64,000 bases of DNA, from positions 100,812,001 to 100,876,000 of the forward strand of contig OX597817.1 in the NCBI GenBank assembly GCA_951406725.2, given 5' to 3'. The translations under genes and the position numbers were made by a program. Every line of letters begins with the position of its first letter. Position 1 is the first letter of the stretch. Source of the stretch: Octopus vulgaris. Lineage: Eukaryota. Under the pieces are notes generated by a model that was not told the DNA's origin, searched no databases, and was given only the letters and a program-made list of their open reading frames with translations. Shown in pieces: positions 31,767 through 46,126 of the stretch.

Positions 31767-32195
31767 GTATTAAGAACCGCTTAGATGTTATTTTCGCGTA
31801 AAGACAAACATCTTTTTCTGTTAATAGATTATAAACAAATTTGATCCATAGGTTTCATATAAAATAATCAAGAGACATGCTGAAACATTAGCAAATCATT
31901 ATAGTAACATACTAAGAGATATTAACTATTTTTAAGTTTTAGCAAGATGAAAAGTACGATATATTTAAAAATAGGAAATAAAACAAAATGTATGTAATAA
32001 CTTCTACTATCGCTTAATTTAATAAAGTCTCAAAAGAATTAAAAACACAGATTGGAAAACTAAAACATTTAACGATAAAACCATACTTTTTAATATTAAA
32101 TGTTTATGTTAAAAATATAGTAAATTTTTGTAAGAAAAAATTATAATATAAAGCCAAATGTTAAACTAAAATTCAGATGAAGATGACGATGAACA

Positions 32196-32654
32196 GTTGT
32201 ATGAACTAAGCCTTATTGCCAATTCTTCAACCGATAATGCAGGATTTTCTTCAAGTAATGCCTCAAGGAGCTTATCATCAAACTCAACTGGACGTCCTGT
32301 TCGATCATCATCTTCAAGGATGAAATCTCCACTTCTGAATTTTGCAAACTATCTTCTGCAAGTTCTTTCATTCAAGCATTATTTCCCATAAACTGAGTGT
32401 ATGCTTTGAGTCGCTTCGGCAGCAAAGTTTCCTTTTTTGTACTCATAAAGCATTATGTGTCATAATTGCTCTTTGGATACTTCCATGTTAGAAAGGGTTT
32501 TAATTAAAGAAATTTTAATTATATTATTCTGTAAAATAATATTTAATTAGTGAATAAAAATAATTTTTAATTCCATTAGACATTCTAAAATACTATTAAA
32601 TTCCATTCAATTTTAAAAAAGGTAAAATCGGACATAACTTATGGGATGACCTGA
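32196..32654 (-). mobile_element. Mariner transposon 5' half (TIR + HTH domain, pseudogene)
   Basis: TIR-like tcaggtcatcccataagtt; MEVSKEQL*HIMLYEYKKGNFAAEAT...FRSGDFILEDDDRTGRPVEFDD from ATG 32486, with stops. Confidence 0.85.
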
Positions 32655-34549
32655 GATACACACACACTCACACACACACACACACACATACACACACACA
32701 CACACATACTCCATGTGCGAAAAGTTTTTTCTGTTTCTTGAGATGGCTTGCATTAAAACAATGTTTTATTTCATTGGTTTTGCGGATTCCTAATTCCTGT
32801 TTCGTGATGGTTTCAGATTTGATCTATCTTCCAGGCAGCTCGCTGTCACATGCCAACGCTGTTTCTCATTGTTGTTTTTTTTTTGTACTTTATATGTGCT
32901 CCTGTTTACAGATTACATATTGCCGAGTTTTGCAAACATTGGATGATTATTTATGTTTTTTATTGCACAGTACGCAAAGACACGAGGGATTTCATTTATC
33001 CTTTTTATGGAAAAAAGACATTCAGAAAATAGCTAGCTGACAGTCAATACAAAATGTCAATCAGATATGTCCCCCCAACGAACAAAAACTCTTGCGCAAA
33101 CGACATACAAAATCTGAGAAAGTCTATGAATGAAAATACAAATGTTTAAAATAATGATATATTTGTATTTCTGACATAAACAAGTTTATTTAAAGACTCA
33201 CGAAATAAAAAGAATTTCAACGGCAACTATAGCAATACACAGGTAAAATGTAGAGTGTCTATCTATCTGCTATTCATGATTGAGTAAGAAACGAAGAGGC
33301 TGAAGTGGTAAAGGTCAAACCTCCCCATACATTTACACCACAGTCGAAGAGTCAAGGCAACACAAGGGTGATAGGACTATTTTTAAAGATGTTAACTCCT
33401 GGCATGGTGCTACCTTTGTGGCGAAATGGCTGACGGGAAGTAAGAAAAAATGAAATGCGGATAACAAGGGTCCGATATGGACTTGCAATGTTCAAATCGA
33501 AAACTGTTAACATTTGTGAAGAGGACTGGCATAAAAAATTGAGATTTAATCCAGTAGAAAAAGTTTACTTCAACGTCATAGGAGAGTAAGTAACGCCATC
33601 AATCAAGTTTAGATCGAAATAACTTTTTTATTTTAAAAGCAAAATCTTAGCTTCAATGATAGAAGAAGGCATAAAAAATTTCATGTTCCCATGCAACAAA
33701 AATTTGTATGAAAAAGTTGTGAGGTGAAATATCATGAAAAAAAATAAGGCAAAAAATTGGATTTAAGTATAATTAACTTTTTTATTTTAAGAACAAACTA
33801 TATTTTAATTAAACTTAAATGATAGAGCTCAATTCGAAGAATTTCCTGATATCAATCTCATGCAACAAGATTTAAAAGAAAAAAGTTATGAGTGTTTGTT
33901 TCTCAAATTTGAAGGTGATAATATAGTTCTATACTTGTTTATGAATATAGTTCTATAAGGGAACTTTAATATATATCACCAGTGTCATTGAGGTAAGGAA
34001 AAAAATTATCAACGACACCGCTAATTGACACATTTGACACATTATTAATTAACATAATAGCATAGCCTGGAAAAATATGGATTACATGGAAAAATGCGAG
34101 CAAGAGAAATAGTATTCTTAAGATTACAAACCTGGAAAATTATAGGACAAGTTATTGCACTTGGAAAAGTTCAGGACAACTGGTAAAGTACAAAAGAAGA
34201 AACATTTTACTTAAAATATTGCAGCTAAGGATAAAATTTGAATATTAAAAATGATTTGATTTTAATTTACGAAGTAACATTATAATTAAAAAAGGTACCA
34301 TCAGTTTGCTAAAATATTGACACACTAGAATACTTAAAAAAAGGAGAGCCAGAAGTACCTATATAGCTAAAGTTTTATGCGAAGTAGAATAGTATATATG
34401 GTGGGCAAATTCATTATGTAAAAATAGGCATTGGGTCAAGACTAAAAATGTGAAGACTTGACAATAATGTAGGCAATAACTCAAGCAAATTTTACTGTGA
34501 ATCTGTTGGTGTAGGTAGATTTTACCGTAATATATTTTCTATAATTTTT

Positions 34550-35490
34550 TTCTATAACTCACGCTTCTTTATTTGGTATCTCCTTTTCATGAGACGATGC
34601 AAACGTTTCTCAATCTCCAATAACGCTCTCTCCAGCTGAGACTCGCCACTTTTGGGATGTTTGCTCAGGCGGTTCGCAATCTTTGTCCGTCGTCTCATAA
34701 GAATCTTCCTTTTTCTAGGGATCCTGTTTCTGTGTATGTTGGCCTTGCACAATGGAACAGATTTGTCACATATGACTTGTATTATAGACATGAAATGTTT
34801 GCGTTTCATGTCAATGTCTGGTGCGGAGACACTTTTAGGCCAATCCTGTTTGAGGATCTCTTTCTCAATCAACTTCCAGTTTGCTTTATGAAAGTTTAGT
34901 TTGGAGAGATTTGGGTGCTTCGTATAGGTTGTATGTCTGCAAGAGCTTTTGGTCCAGACATAGACAGCTCTTTTATATTGTGATCCGAGATCAGCGTCGG
35001 TGTCACTTTAATATTATGGATAATGTCCATATTGTTTGTGAAGCAATGATCCAGTATATTATTTGCCCTGGCTGGTTGCAGCACGATTGGCTCCATGAAA
35101 GAGCATTGGTAAGGTGGAGCAGGGACTCTGCCTGTGCTTGCTGCTGGTGTGTCATTCCTGGGAGAATCTGGCCCTAGGCCATCCCATGTTTGGTAAGATA
35201 AAGTCATCCAAAAGGAATACATTGATGTGTTGTTCAGTCTGGTGAGAACTTCTATCTTTGCTAGGCAGTCTTCAAATTTGCCTGTATGACTTGGAGAATC
35301 TGGTGCGTGATATGTAGTACATATAACAGTATCAAGCTGTCTTATGTGTACAATTTGAATGTCACACACAGCAGCACCTGGGGCGTGAGGTCTCCTCCTC
35401 GGATGTACACAGCAAATCCACCAAGGCTCCTCTCCTTTCTATCTGAGCGTATGACAACATATTGTGGTATATGTGTTTCTGTATCTCCTC
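34550..35490 (-). mobile_element. CR1-like LINE fragment (AP-endonuclease region)
   Basis: PARANNILDHCFTNN...TLISDHNI, LNFHKANWKLI; overlaps in homology with ~54560-54910. Confidence 0.8.
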
Positions 35491-35566
35491 TATCAGGTCG
35501 CATCGTGGTCTTCGTCTTGTCTGTTTTCCTTTGTGAAAAGTTACATCAATCCTTTTAGAATCGTCT

Positions 35567-35601
<35 letters not shown>

Positions 35602-35639
35602 TTCCTCTTCTTCTTCTTCTTCCTCTTCTTCTTGTACCT

Positions 35640-36350
35640 ATGTTAGAAATGATTATTAATTAAAATTTCTTCAGATTGTTAAATTCAATGGCTGTTTTTA
35701 CTTAATTATCACTCGCAACTCTTCGTGTAGGCAATTTTTGTTTTGGTTTTGTATTTTCTGTTGGATTGCTAATAACCTATGTAATACGTTTACAGTGTTT
35801 AGCATTGCTATTTTCTGTATTATATTCTGTGGTTTTCGTGATCAATTTGTCATTATGCGTGTTTCAACCAAACCCTCCAAAATCTGTTATTCTTGGAATT
35901 ACAACTGTTTTCAGTCCCTATATTTTGGTTATTTATATTTTAAATCTTTACTTTGGAGAATTTCTCCATTTTCTTTTTGTGATACAGCGTCATCAGCTGA
36001 AGTGTTAATTTGATTAGGAGACATTTCCTTTCCATATGGTTTTTGTCAACCATATACAGCTAATTATCCCGATCTCCTTACCTGTGTAAACAGGCGCATC
36101 GTAGAGCATAACCACTGTGTATTTCCTTGGGACTTTTTCCGGCGTATGTTCATAGTATCTCTGTTCGTTTGGCATTTCATAATGCTGCTACAACTTCTAG
36201 TATATAGTCCCAAGTCTTGCATACTTGTAGATGTGTTCGTTTTTGGTTAAGGCTGTGCAGCTAGAAATAGTTGGGGTAGTTATTGTTTTATGCAACCTCT
36301 GTATATTATGTAGTTTCAGTATGCATATTCCTCTATAAATCCGTTGTTGA
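35640..36350 (-). mobile_element. Degraded Dong/R4 3' fragment
   Basis: ISSCTALTKNEHIYKYARLG (cf. ISSCPVLAKKEYIHRHDRVG), IQKIAMLNTVNVLHRLLAIQ (cf. IQKIALLGTAHILHRTLSIQ). Confidence 0.7.
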
Positions 36351-36404
36351 ATATGGTTTTTAATTGTCTTATTATTGTTACAGTTGTTGTCATCGTCCAT
36401 CGTT

Positions 36405-36631
36405 ATTGCTGTAGTTGTTTAGTAGTTGTTTTTGTTGCTGTTGCTGCTGCTGTTGTTGTTGTTGTTATTGTTGTTGTTGTTATTATTGTTGTTGTTGTTG
36501 TTGTTCTTTTTCTTCTTCTTCTTCTTCTTTTTCTTCTTCTTCTTTTTCTTCTTCTTCTTTTTCTTCTTCTTCTTCTTCTTCTTCTTCTTCTTCTTCTTCT
36601 TCTTCTTCTTCTTCTTCTTCTTCTTCTTTTC
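36405..36631. repeat. Compound (GTT)n/(CTT)n microsatellite
   Basis: Direct inspection. Confidence 0.95.
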
Positions 36632-38137
36632 ATAATTCATGACTTGATAAATGCATCAAGATTTTCTTATCTATATTCGGAAAATACGCAGAAATGTTGA
36701 AGGTTAACAAATATGTTAATGAATATCGAATATCTACACGGTTAACAGAATGAGAGGTGCGCAAAACCTATAGGAAACGGATTAGTGAATTAGTTAAGAA
36801 ACACGAGAGAAATCGTCAATTACAAGTACTGAGGTGTTCCAATTATATTGTCGAAGCTAAGTCACTTGGTCAGACATGAAGGAACAAAACTTGTTAGGTG
36901 AGCCCGGGTGGTAGAGGTCACCAAGTCTTTGACGGACCGAGATGGATGCGTCTCTATGATCAATTAAAATGAAACAGAAACTTTCGATAACTTTGATTCT
37001 CGATACTTAACCGCTTCCATCGATAATGTTCAACGACATATTCTCCGTACTGATAGCAAACTTTCTTCGTAATATATTTTCTGTTTAACTACAGTGTGTG
37101 TGGCTGATGTTGTTTTCTTGCTGTTGTTGCCACAGCAACTACTGCCACTATTAAAATTATTATGACTGCAGCAGTCCCACATCAATCAGTTCTTGTGTTT
37201 TCTATGTGAATTAGAAATATCTGAAGTAGAATGTTTTATTGTAAAACCATAAATGTAACGTCTGCGCTTCCTATTCTCGATGACTGCTCACATATCTTCA
37301 CACTCTTTGAAACAAAAATAATTAGAGATACCTAGATCATCTTACACAGTGATTAATATCTGGAACTCCAGTGACATTCCTTGGTTTGTAGGTGATGAAG
37401 GTGATAAACTTTAGCACTATGAATTCTTTGTGTTCTACCATTGCTCTTACTCTAGCTTAGTCTTTGAGTAGCGGTATATTGATGACTCGGGTTTTTGTCA
37501 GTTGACGTCCAATACGCAGTAGGATCATTATTAAATACTGGGACGTACATCGAAATTTCATGCTTACTGGTGCAGAGAGCTGCCAATGTTCTGTGTTGTC
37601 TCCCTTTTGATATATATCCAACTGCACGTTATAACTCCTCCTCCATGAACTTTTCAATACGCATTGTAAGATACTGCAAATCTGGCTTTTAGCATTTGTA
37701 TAGAATGGTTTAGTTTTGTAAGCTAATCACCGTCTTGACTGAAAGAGTCATCAACCAACATAATAACACTCTTGTATATGTAATCTTCACCATAATTTCG
37801 CTTGAGCGTGTGGAGTGTCCATTCATTGGTTGCGTATGCAGAAGATATTACTGTTGTTTTCATTATTTATGCTAATCTAGTTGACACTGTTATTACTCTA
37901 TTATTGGTCATTATTGTTTTCATTGCATCTGTTGTTGCTTCTATTGTTGCTACTAATACAGTTTCCACAAGTATTGGAATACATCTTTCGTCTTAATGCT
38001 GCGATGTTATTGTCCACCACCACCATCATCATTATCATGTCAGTGACCGTATCATTACGTACTTTCGCTAAATGCACTCTATTTAATATGTATGCAGTGT
38101 CTAGTACCATAATTTTTCTCTGTTGTGTGTTTATGTT

Positions 38138-38203
<66 letters not shown>

Positions 38204-38207
<4 letters not shown>

Positions 38208-38648
38208 AGGCGCAATGGCTCAGTGGTTAGGGCAGCAGACGCGCGGTCGTAGGATCGTGGCTTTGATTCCCAGACCGGGTGTTGTGAGTGTTTATTGAAC
38301 GAAAACACCTAAACCTCCACGACGTTCCGTCAGGGATGGGTGGATGGCGAGCCCTACTGTACTATTTCACCATAACTTTCCCTCACTCTTTCTTCCTGTT
38401 TCTGTTGTATCTGTATTCCGAAGGGCCAGCCTTGTTATACTATATATATATATATAGTGAAGGCGCAATGGCCCAGTGGTTAGGGCAGCAGACGCGCGGT
38501 CGTAGGATCGTAGCTTTGATTCCCAGAGAAATACGTTAAGAGAACACGTGTCTGTGGAGTGCTCAGCCACTTGACGTTAATTTTACGAGCAGGCTGTTCC
38601 GCTGATCAACTGGAAACCTGGTCGTCGTAACCGACAGAGTGCCACCAT
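38204..38648 (+). mobile_element. Two rearranged tRNA-derived SINE family B pieces separated by (TA)n
   Basis: Heads at 38204 and 38457 with A-box tggc(t/c)cagtgg; second head joins directly to the 3' part of the 39145 copy. Confidence 0.8.
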
Positions 38649-39024
38649 ATATATATCAATCCTCAGGGTTTGTTAAATGATCGGCCTGGGTTTTTTTTTT
38701 TTAAATTCTGTATCACCTATTATTACAGAAATTATTTCTGCTTTCACTCTCACATTCTAGTTATGTGTAATTATATATCATTATATGTAAATATGGATAT
38801 AGTTTGTTGGAACTACTTTTTCGATTGGGAGGCACTTCCTTTCTTGTTATAGAACGTTATTAATATTATCCATGGTTTATGAAATACTTCCGTAGTTTCC
38901 TACCTTTAAAATACTTGATTAATATCCTTTCTTTAAACAATAATTGGGTTCATCTTGGAAAACGTACCTAAAAATGTTTAGGTAGGTTTATACACACACA
39001 CACACACATATGTATATGTATATA

Positions 39025-39142
<118 letters not shown>

Positions 39143-39144
39143 GT

Positions 39145-39534
39145 GTGGAGGCGCAATGGCCCAGTGGTTAGGGCAGCGGACTCGCGGTCATAGGATCGCG
39201 GTTTCGATTCCCAGACCGGGCGTTGTGAGTGTTTATTGAGCGAAAACACCTAAAGCTCCACGAGGCTCCGACAGGGGATGGTGCTGATCCCTGCTGTACT
39301 CTTTCACCACAACTTTCTCTCACTCTTATTTCCTGTTTCTGTTGTACCTGTATTTCAAAGGGCCGGCCTTGTCACTCTCTGTGTCACGCTGAATATCCCC
39401 GAGAACTACGTTAAGGGTACACGTGTCTGTGGAGTGCTCAGCCACTTACACGTTAATTTCACGAGTAGGCTATTCCGTTGATTCGGATCAACCGGAACCC
39501 TCGTCGTCGTAACCGACGGAGTGCTTCCATTCCA
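39145..39534 (+). mobile_element. Full-length tRNA-derived SINE family B in (TA)n
   Basis: A-box tggcccagtgg, B-box-like ggtttcgattccc; preceded by long (TA)n, followed by tatata. Confidence 0.9.
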
Positions 39535-40119
39535 TATATATACGCACACACATTATAGTATTTAAACATATTCAGCATTAATAAAATGTTCAAGGCGATG
39601 AATCAGTCCATTGTTAGCGAAACATGTGGATAAATGTTATGGCAGATGCTCTAACAATATTTATAAATTCTGATAATACTGTCGACAGTTAAATTCTGCC
39701 ACGGAAAATGATAGCAATCCTAGCATTGTTATGCTATTTTTGTCACCTCCAAGTATGTTGGACATTCTGATACAATGTTGTTTAAGTATACACACTACTC
39801 AAGTGACATTTGTTTTTCATATCCTTGGGTAGTGATATTCCTTTCGATATAACTATGGTGATGGTACGAGGATCTATCGTGAATATTGCTTCTTTTGTCA
39901 TCCAGTTAAGTCCAGCAATTTATTAGTAAACTAGTTGACCCTTTGCCGTCAAAAATGACGGCTATTTGTAATGTTTTATATATAAGGTACAAAATAAGGT
40001 ACATAATAATCACAGATGCAAACATTCACATTCTTCCCTTATAAACACAGGTAAAATGCTGTTGGATTTTTCTATCACTGTTGAACGTTCACCATCCCAT
40101 TTCCATTGCACACACACAC

Positions 40120-40183
<64 letters not shown>

Positions 40184-40442
40184 ACATTCAAATACCTCGT
40201 TTTTACACAGTGGAAACGCTGATTTTTTCACCCCTTCCTTATTCATCCTTTCTCCATTATTATTACGTTCTCTCACTCTATCTCAGTCAGGGCTATTACA
40301 CACACTACTTCTCCTTCACTGAATTATTATTTTCTCTCCTCTCCCTTCACTTATACTACTCTTTCTCCTACTCTACTCCCCATTAGTGATTTTGGACAAA
40401 TGTACATACATACATACACACACACACACTCACGTACATACA

Positions 40443-40473
<31 letters not shown>

Positions 40474-40475
<2 letters not shown>

Positions 40476-40757
40476 CACGTGATCACGTGACCGACCAGAC
40501 CATCAGATGTTGTTACACATTGCTGGTCACAATGCGTTCGCATTGTTATAGCCTTCGAATGACGCCACCCCGCTGGCTAAGCGGGCAGGCCAACAGAAGA
40601 AAGAGTGGGAGAAAGAGTGGTGAAAGAGTACAGCAGGGATCACCACCCCTGCCGGAGCCTCGTGGAGCTTTTAGGTGTTTTCGCTCAATAAACACTCACA
40701 ACGCCCGGTCTGGGAATCGAAACCGCGATCCTACGACCGCGAGTCCGTTGCCCTAAC

Positions 40758-40760
<3 letters not shown>
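40474..40760 (-). mobile_element. SINE with family B head/core but a different 3' tail
   Basis: 40600-40760 is the reverse complement of ~39163-39320; remainder unrelated to the 39145 tail. Confidence 0.85.
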
Positions 40761-40801
<41 letters not shown>

Positions 40802-41297
40802 CAAATATGTAAAAACACTACACTCATTATCATATGAGGAGATGGAACATGAAGTTCACGGGGATATTGGTAATGTAAAACCTTGCTTTTATGATTCTTG
40901 CATATACTTAGGCCACCTCTGGCCGAGCAGATCTATGGCTAAAAGCATTCCAGCTGTAAGCATCGTATCATTTCCCCATATTAAGAAACTCAGGACCACA
41001 TTGTTTAGCGTATCGTACTTTAATACAGTAGAGTGTGATTTGAAGGCAGTTTGTTTATTTTCTGGTAGTCAAATGACCATATAAAAACTTCTTTGTTGGC
41101 TCGCAGTTTCATGGCTGTTTACAATGGGTGACTTACGCACCATTATATCTCCGTTTTTACTACTAATTTAGGTCTGGACTTCAGTTGTTTCTTCTAAGAA
41201 TTTTGTTGTTACAGATATAGTTAAATTGTTGGATTTATTTTACAAAGTTAGTCAACAATGGTATGCAACAGTTTTAGTGATGTACAATCAATTGTGT

Positions 41298-41490
41298 ATC
41301 AGAATCATTAGCACGCCAGACGAAGTGCTTCGCGGGATTTCTTCCGGCTTTACGTTCTGAGTTCGGATTCCGCAAAAGTCGACTTTCCTTTTAACATTTA
41401 AGGATCATTGAAATAAAATATCAGTTGATTTAATTGACTAGCCATCGCCCCCAAATTTCAAACCTTGTGCCTATAGTATACAGGATTATT
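41298..41490 (+). mobile_element. SINE family A, degraded
   Basis: ttagcacgcc...ttacgttctgagttcggattccgc...gtcgacttt. Confidence 0.7.
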
Positions 41491-41509
41491 ATTATTATTA
41501 TTATTGGTT

Positions 41510-42835
41510 TCAAAGCGAAAGCGGAAGGACGTGTCTTCGGAAGCTGTGAGTTTTTGAGCAATTTTCATAGAAAGTTTTGTTGTATCATTTCAAATTTTTC
41601 GATATTTCTGTAACCGAACTGACTGGGCTCTTGCTGAGCTAATCGGTCAGGGAAAACTTTTCATTTAAAAACCGTCAATTTCTATTTTTCACTTCAAAAT
41701 TTTACAAAAATTTCTATGGAGAGGAGGACTGCAAATAAGAAATTTCGAAAATCAACTGTCTCCGCCCGGTCCTTGCATTAAAAAGCAAAATAGAGAACGT
41801 GAAGAAACGTTCCGGCACGTGCAGCGCTAGTGAAGAAAGCGAAGGTTGTTCATCGGATCGCCTTTCGAACGAGCATTTTCATGCTCTCACTACCACTATT
41901 GCTACTACACTGGAGAGGGAGGAAGAGAGGTGTGAACATGTGTACCAACAGTGAAACCACCACCACCACCACTACCATCAACACAAGCAGCTATGACAAC
42001 AGCAAGACCAAGTGCAACGGTTTCGTATCCGCGGCGAAACAAACAACAGAGGAAATCAATGTAACAATTGAGGACATAAAAATGTTAAGGAAGGAAGGAA
42101 ACAATGTCTTCCTTAACACTCCACTAGAATTAATCAACGAAACCAACAGAAGAACAATTACCTACATGATATTCAACAAAAAGCACAACAAGATAGAATG
42201 GGTAACTCAACAGCAACTGGAGATTGCTTCAAGACCACATTGGAAAAAGAAAACAACAACAAAAATTAACATATGTGACCAAGAGGAAGCGATTTAGTAC
42301 TGTGGAAGTTTGCTTTCCAGCCGTGCAGGAGGCAAAGCAGCATTCCACAGTGCGCCTAAAAACTGAAGAATTTCTGTTCGTGCCGGCATGCCTTGGTCGG
42401 CGCGTCACAAAGCTTAAGATAGAGCAAGTGCCACCCGAACTAAGCATATGCTAGCTAGTGGCAACGGTTCTCATTGACATAGAGGACACTGCCACAATAC
42501 AAAAAGTGCATAAATTGCACCATCAAAACTGGTCGGGTATAGGCATGCAACTACTCGTTCAAATTGAACAAGAAAGTATAAATGCCACACCCGACACTAT
42601 AAATTTGCCAGACGTCGCTGTGGAGGGAAGACGACCAAAGTGTTACCTCTATGTTACCACTTGAAGGTCGATTGCCCCAAATACAAAGAGCGGAAGGATG
42701 CAGAACAAAAAGCACCAGTGTCAGTGGCATCTCCAGTGCAGCAGCAGCAGTAGCAACAACAGCAAGTGATGTAACAGAGGCAGAAAGCAAAAGCCCCCGC
42801 ACCACAAGCAACAGCGACACCACCACCAACCATCG
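41510..42835 (+). mobile_element. L1/Tx1-like ORF1 (gag-like) remnant with 5' region
   Basis: Chain of frameshifted ORFs 41830-42839 ending in VEGRRPKCYL...HLKVDCP, a broken CCHC zinc knuckle. Confidence 0.55.
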
Positions 42836-43142
42836 CTAGCTGGTATCGTGATTTATTCAATATTATATGTTTGTAATTTTCTCCTACCAATTCTTGAATT
42901 TCTATATCTTATATTTAATGATACATATTTTACTCTTTATAATAAGACCTCAATATATTGTTTTGCATCATTTTCATGCGAGCATTATTAGTGAATTCAG
43001 TCACTGTGTCATAATATATCTGTAATTATCGTCTTTCTCATAAAGATTTACATCATATATTCATCTATATATGTATATACATGAACATCCTCAGTCACAT
43101 TTAATGACAAATATAGTTTCCCTTTTTTGTAAGACATATACA

Positions 43143-43334
43143 TACCAACCACATGGTTCTGGGTTCAGTCCCACTGCGTAGCACCTTGAGCAGGTGTCTT
43201 CTACAACAGCCTCGGGCCGACCAAAGCCTTGTGAGTAGATTTGGTAGGCGGAAACTGAAAGAGGCCCGTCGTATACATATATACACACACACATACATAC
43301 ATACATACATACATACATACATACATACATACAT

Positions 43335-43414
<80 letters not shown>

Positions 43415-43635
43415 ATGTTTGTGTTTCTGTGTTTATCTCCGCAACATCGCTTGGCAACCGATGCTGGTGTGATTACGTCCCCGTTACCTAGCGGTTCGGC
43501 AAGAGAGACTGATAGAATAAGTACTAGGCTTACAAAGAATAAGTCCTGGGGTCGATCTGCTTGACTAAAGGCGGTGCTCCAGCATGGCCGCAGTCAAATG
43601 ACTGAAACAAATAAAAGAATAAAAGAATAAAAGAA
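43143..43635 (+). mobile_element. SINE family C with internal microsatellite, 5'-truncated
   Basis: B-box-like gggttcagtccc, CORE-like gcaccttgagcagg, internal (CATA)n/(CA)n, tail ending (taaaagaa)n. Confidence 0.8.
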
Positions 43636-43775
43636 AATATATATATGAGAGAAAAGGTTGAGTTATCTTTCATCCTTTACTTTGCAGGGTTCCAAAGGTC
43701 GATTTCTAATAATGATTCTTCATACTTCTTTGATAGCTTACTGTTGTAAGAATTTTGCTAATATGAAAATGCTAC

Positions 43776-43950
43776 AAGTATAATGTGTGTTATGAGAATT
43801 TATAGAATAAATATCCTATAGAAACTCAACAAACTGTTAAAGATGGATTAAATTCTTTTCAAATTTCTAACATCTCTTCTCTATCTTTAACAGTTTGTTG
43901 AGTTTCTATAGGATACTTGTTTTATAAATTCTCATAACACACTTTATACT

Positions 43951-43951
<1 letters not shown>
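43776..43951. repeat. Inverted repeat, 72-bp arms, 32-nt spacer
   Basis: 43776-43847 vs reverse complement of 43880-43951, ~5 mismatches. Confidence 0.92.
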
Positions 43952-43982
<31 letters not shown>

Positions 43983-44706
43983 TGTATGTATGTATGTATG
44001 TATGTATGTATGTATGTATGTATGTATGTGTGTGTGTGTGTGTGTGAGTGTGTGTGTGTATTATCTCCAAAGAGGAAGCTATAGTTAATTAGATCACTTG
44101 GAACCAAGTAGCCCGGTCTCTTCGACATAGCACATAAAGTCATAATTCCTGAAAAATCGAGGAAATTGATATTTATAGAACTTATCCTTAAATATTAAAT
44201 ATTAACAATCTACATTTGAAAATAAGAGCTTAATGAATTATACTGAAGCCAGGGAAACTTACTAACTCCTTTAAATGAATTGTTTAACCATGAATAAAAA
44301 GAACCAATGCCTGGTTTCAAGGCAGCTCATTGGCTTTTGTTCATAGTTTTAATAACACTATACCTTAATTCTTCTGGTTTGCAATGAATCCTTTATATAT
44401 TAAATTTTCGTCTTACTTATTGATAAATCATGTACTTTTTGTTGTTTCTGACTTACCTGGATAGTCATAGATTTTTGTTGATTGAATCGGAATCATAACT
44501 GGTACTTACATTATGGTTTTTTTAGTGATGAAATGCAGTCAAACTCTATAGGAACGAACTATCTAGATACTGAAATATATTTAATCCAATGCTGCACTCT
44601 TTCTGTACTTCTAAATGGTCAAATATGTTGTGCTAAGCTGAAAAGGAGTAGCGAGAGAAGGTGAGAGCAAGAGAAAGAAAACGGAAGTGAAGGAATGACA
44701 GAAAGA

Positions 44707-44751
<45 letters not shown>

Positions 44752-45514
44752 AGAGAGAAAGAGAGGAAAAGAAAGTGAGGGGTAGATTGAATAAAACCTA
44801 CTCGCGGTATCTTTTACATTGATGGAGATTTTATTGGTGATGTCTTAAAATATTCATCACTTTTGTAGGATTATCAATGTTCGATCTCCACCTAACCATA
44901 ACGTGCTATAATTAATTATTCTTAGTCCTCTTTCAGTTGAAGTTTGCTATTTTATCAAAACTAGAGTTAACTTGCTGCTGGTTAACCGAAGTGCTTAAGT
45001 TGTGGTGTTATCCCTTTCCAGATTTGCTTCTGGATATTTTTAACACCGTTTATATATTGTTTTATCAAACGCATTGTTATTTTATCTGTTATTATATGTT
45101 TATCAGGAGAATTTCTGGAGGCAGAAGTGAATAAACTATTTTGTTTATAGATCCATTGATATTTCTGATATCAATTCTTTTGTTTATTCAACTTTATCTT
45201 GAATCCCGTTGTTGACTTCCGGAGTTCATCATGTGATACATTATAAATATATTTTATTTGTATTTCTTTCTACATATAATAAAGAAGTCTTTTCCTGTTT
45301 CTTGTTTCTAAAAAATGTGCGTGTGTGCGGGTGGGGGAAAATAAGAACCATTTCGACAATCCTATTATTTCTCGAGACTCGAAGTGAAAGAAAAGTTCTG
45401 AAGGCAATTGTTATTAAATTAGAATCCATGTTAAAAGTGTTAGCAGCGGACAGTCACGCTTCAATGAAGTCTTTAAGGACATTTCCAAGTCTTATGCTAA
45501 ATGATTTGGTAAGT

Positions 45515-45570
45515 GGAGAATTGGATGAGTGGTTGGAGAATTGGATGAGTGGTTGGAGAATTAGATGAGT
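45515..45570. repeat. 20-bp tandem repeat (~2.5 copies)
   Basis: ttggatgagtggttggagaa repeated. Confidence 0.85.
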
Positions 45571-46094
45571 CATGCTTAATTAAAACTAAAGAAGATTACA
45601 CTTGTCAACAAAAACATATAACTGAATATCTAATGCACACAAACTAAAACTCGATTGAAAATATCTTGATAAAGTTGCAGAGAAGAATAAAACTAATACA
45701 AAATCTTGAATAATCATGAACGACTATATTTCATTGGTTTCTACCAAAGATATATTACTGCAAATGATAAAATTATTTCCTTTTCAACACAGGTAGAATA
45801 CCGTCACTTAAAGTCGTTACAGAACAGGAATAGACAATCGATTAAATCAAACTTCTTAGCCAAAAAACATATATAAAAACAACTGAAAGACTATAAAATG
45901 TGCGCTACTGATGATCAGGAGACGCATCACAAAGACTGGCTATATAACTCTTTATCCAAGAATATTTGCAGTTGGTGCTGTTTGAGGGATGCCTAGAGAT
46001 GAATACCTAATGCTTCCAGCAATCACTGATACACTTATAAACCTTCTGAATAATAGAGGACTCGCATGTTGAAATACATATATGTGTGTGTATG

Positions 46095-46126
<32 letters not shown>

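Noticed and set aside
37200-37870. Possible RT remnants (SWRRS..IYQKGD on minus; AYAEDITV on plus)
   Set aside because: Too short and degraded to assign a family or boundaries
39145-39220. tRNA gene
   Set aside because: A/B boxes belong to a SINE head that continues into core and tail; no complete cloverleaf
45515-45570. CRISPR-like array
   Set aside because: Plain tandem repeat with no spacers; eukaryotic DNA
45898-45930. CTGATGA motif
   Set aside because: Part of a small ctgat-g-atcag hairpin; no GAAA or stem III
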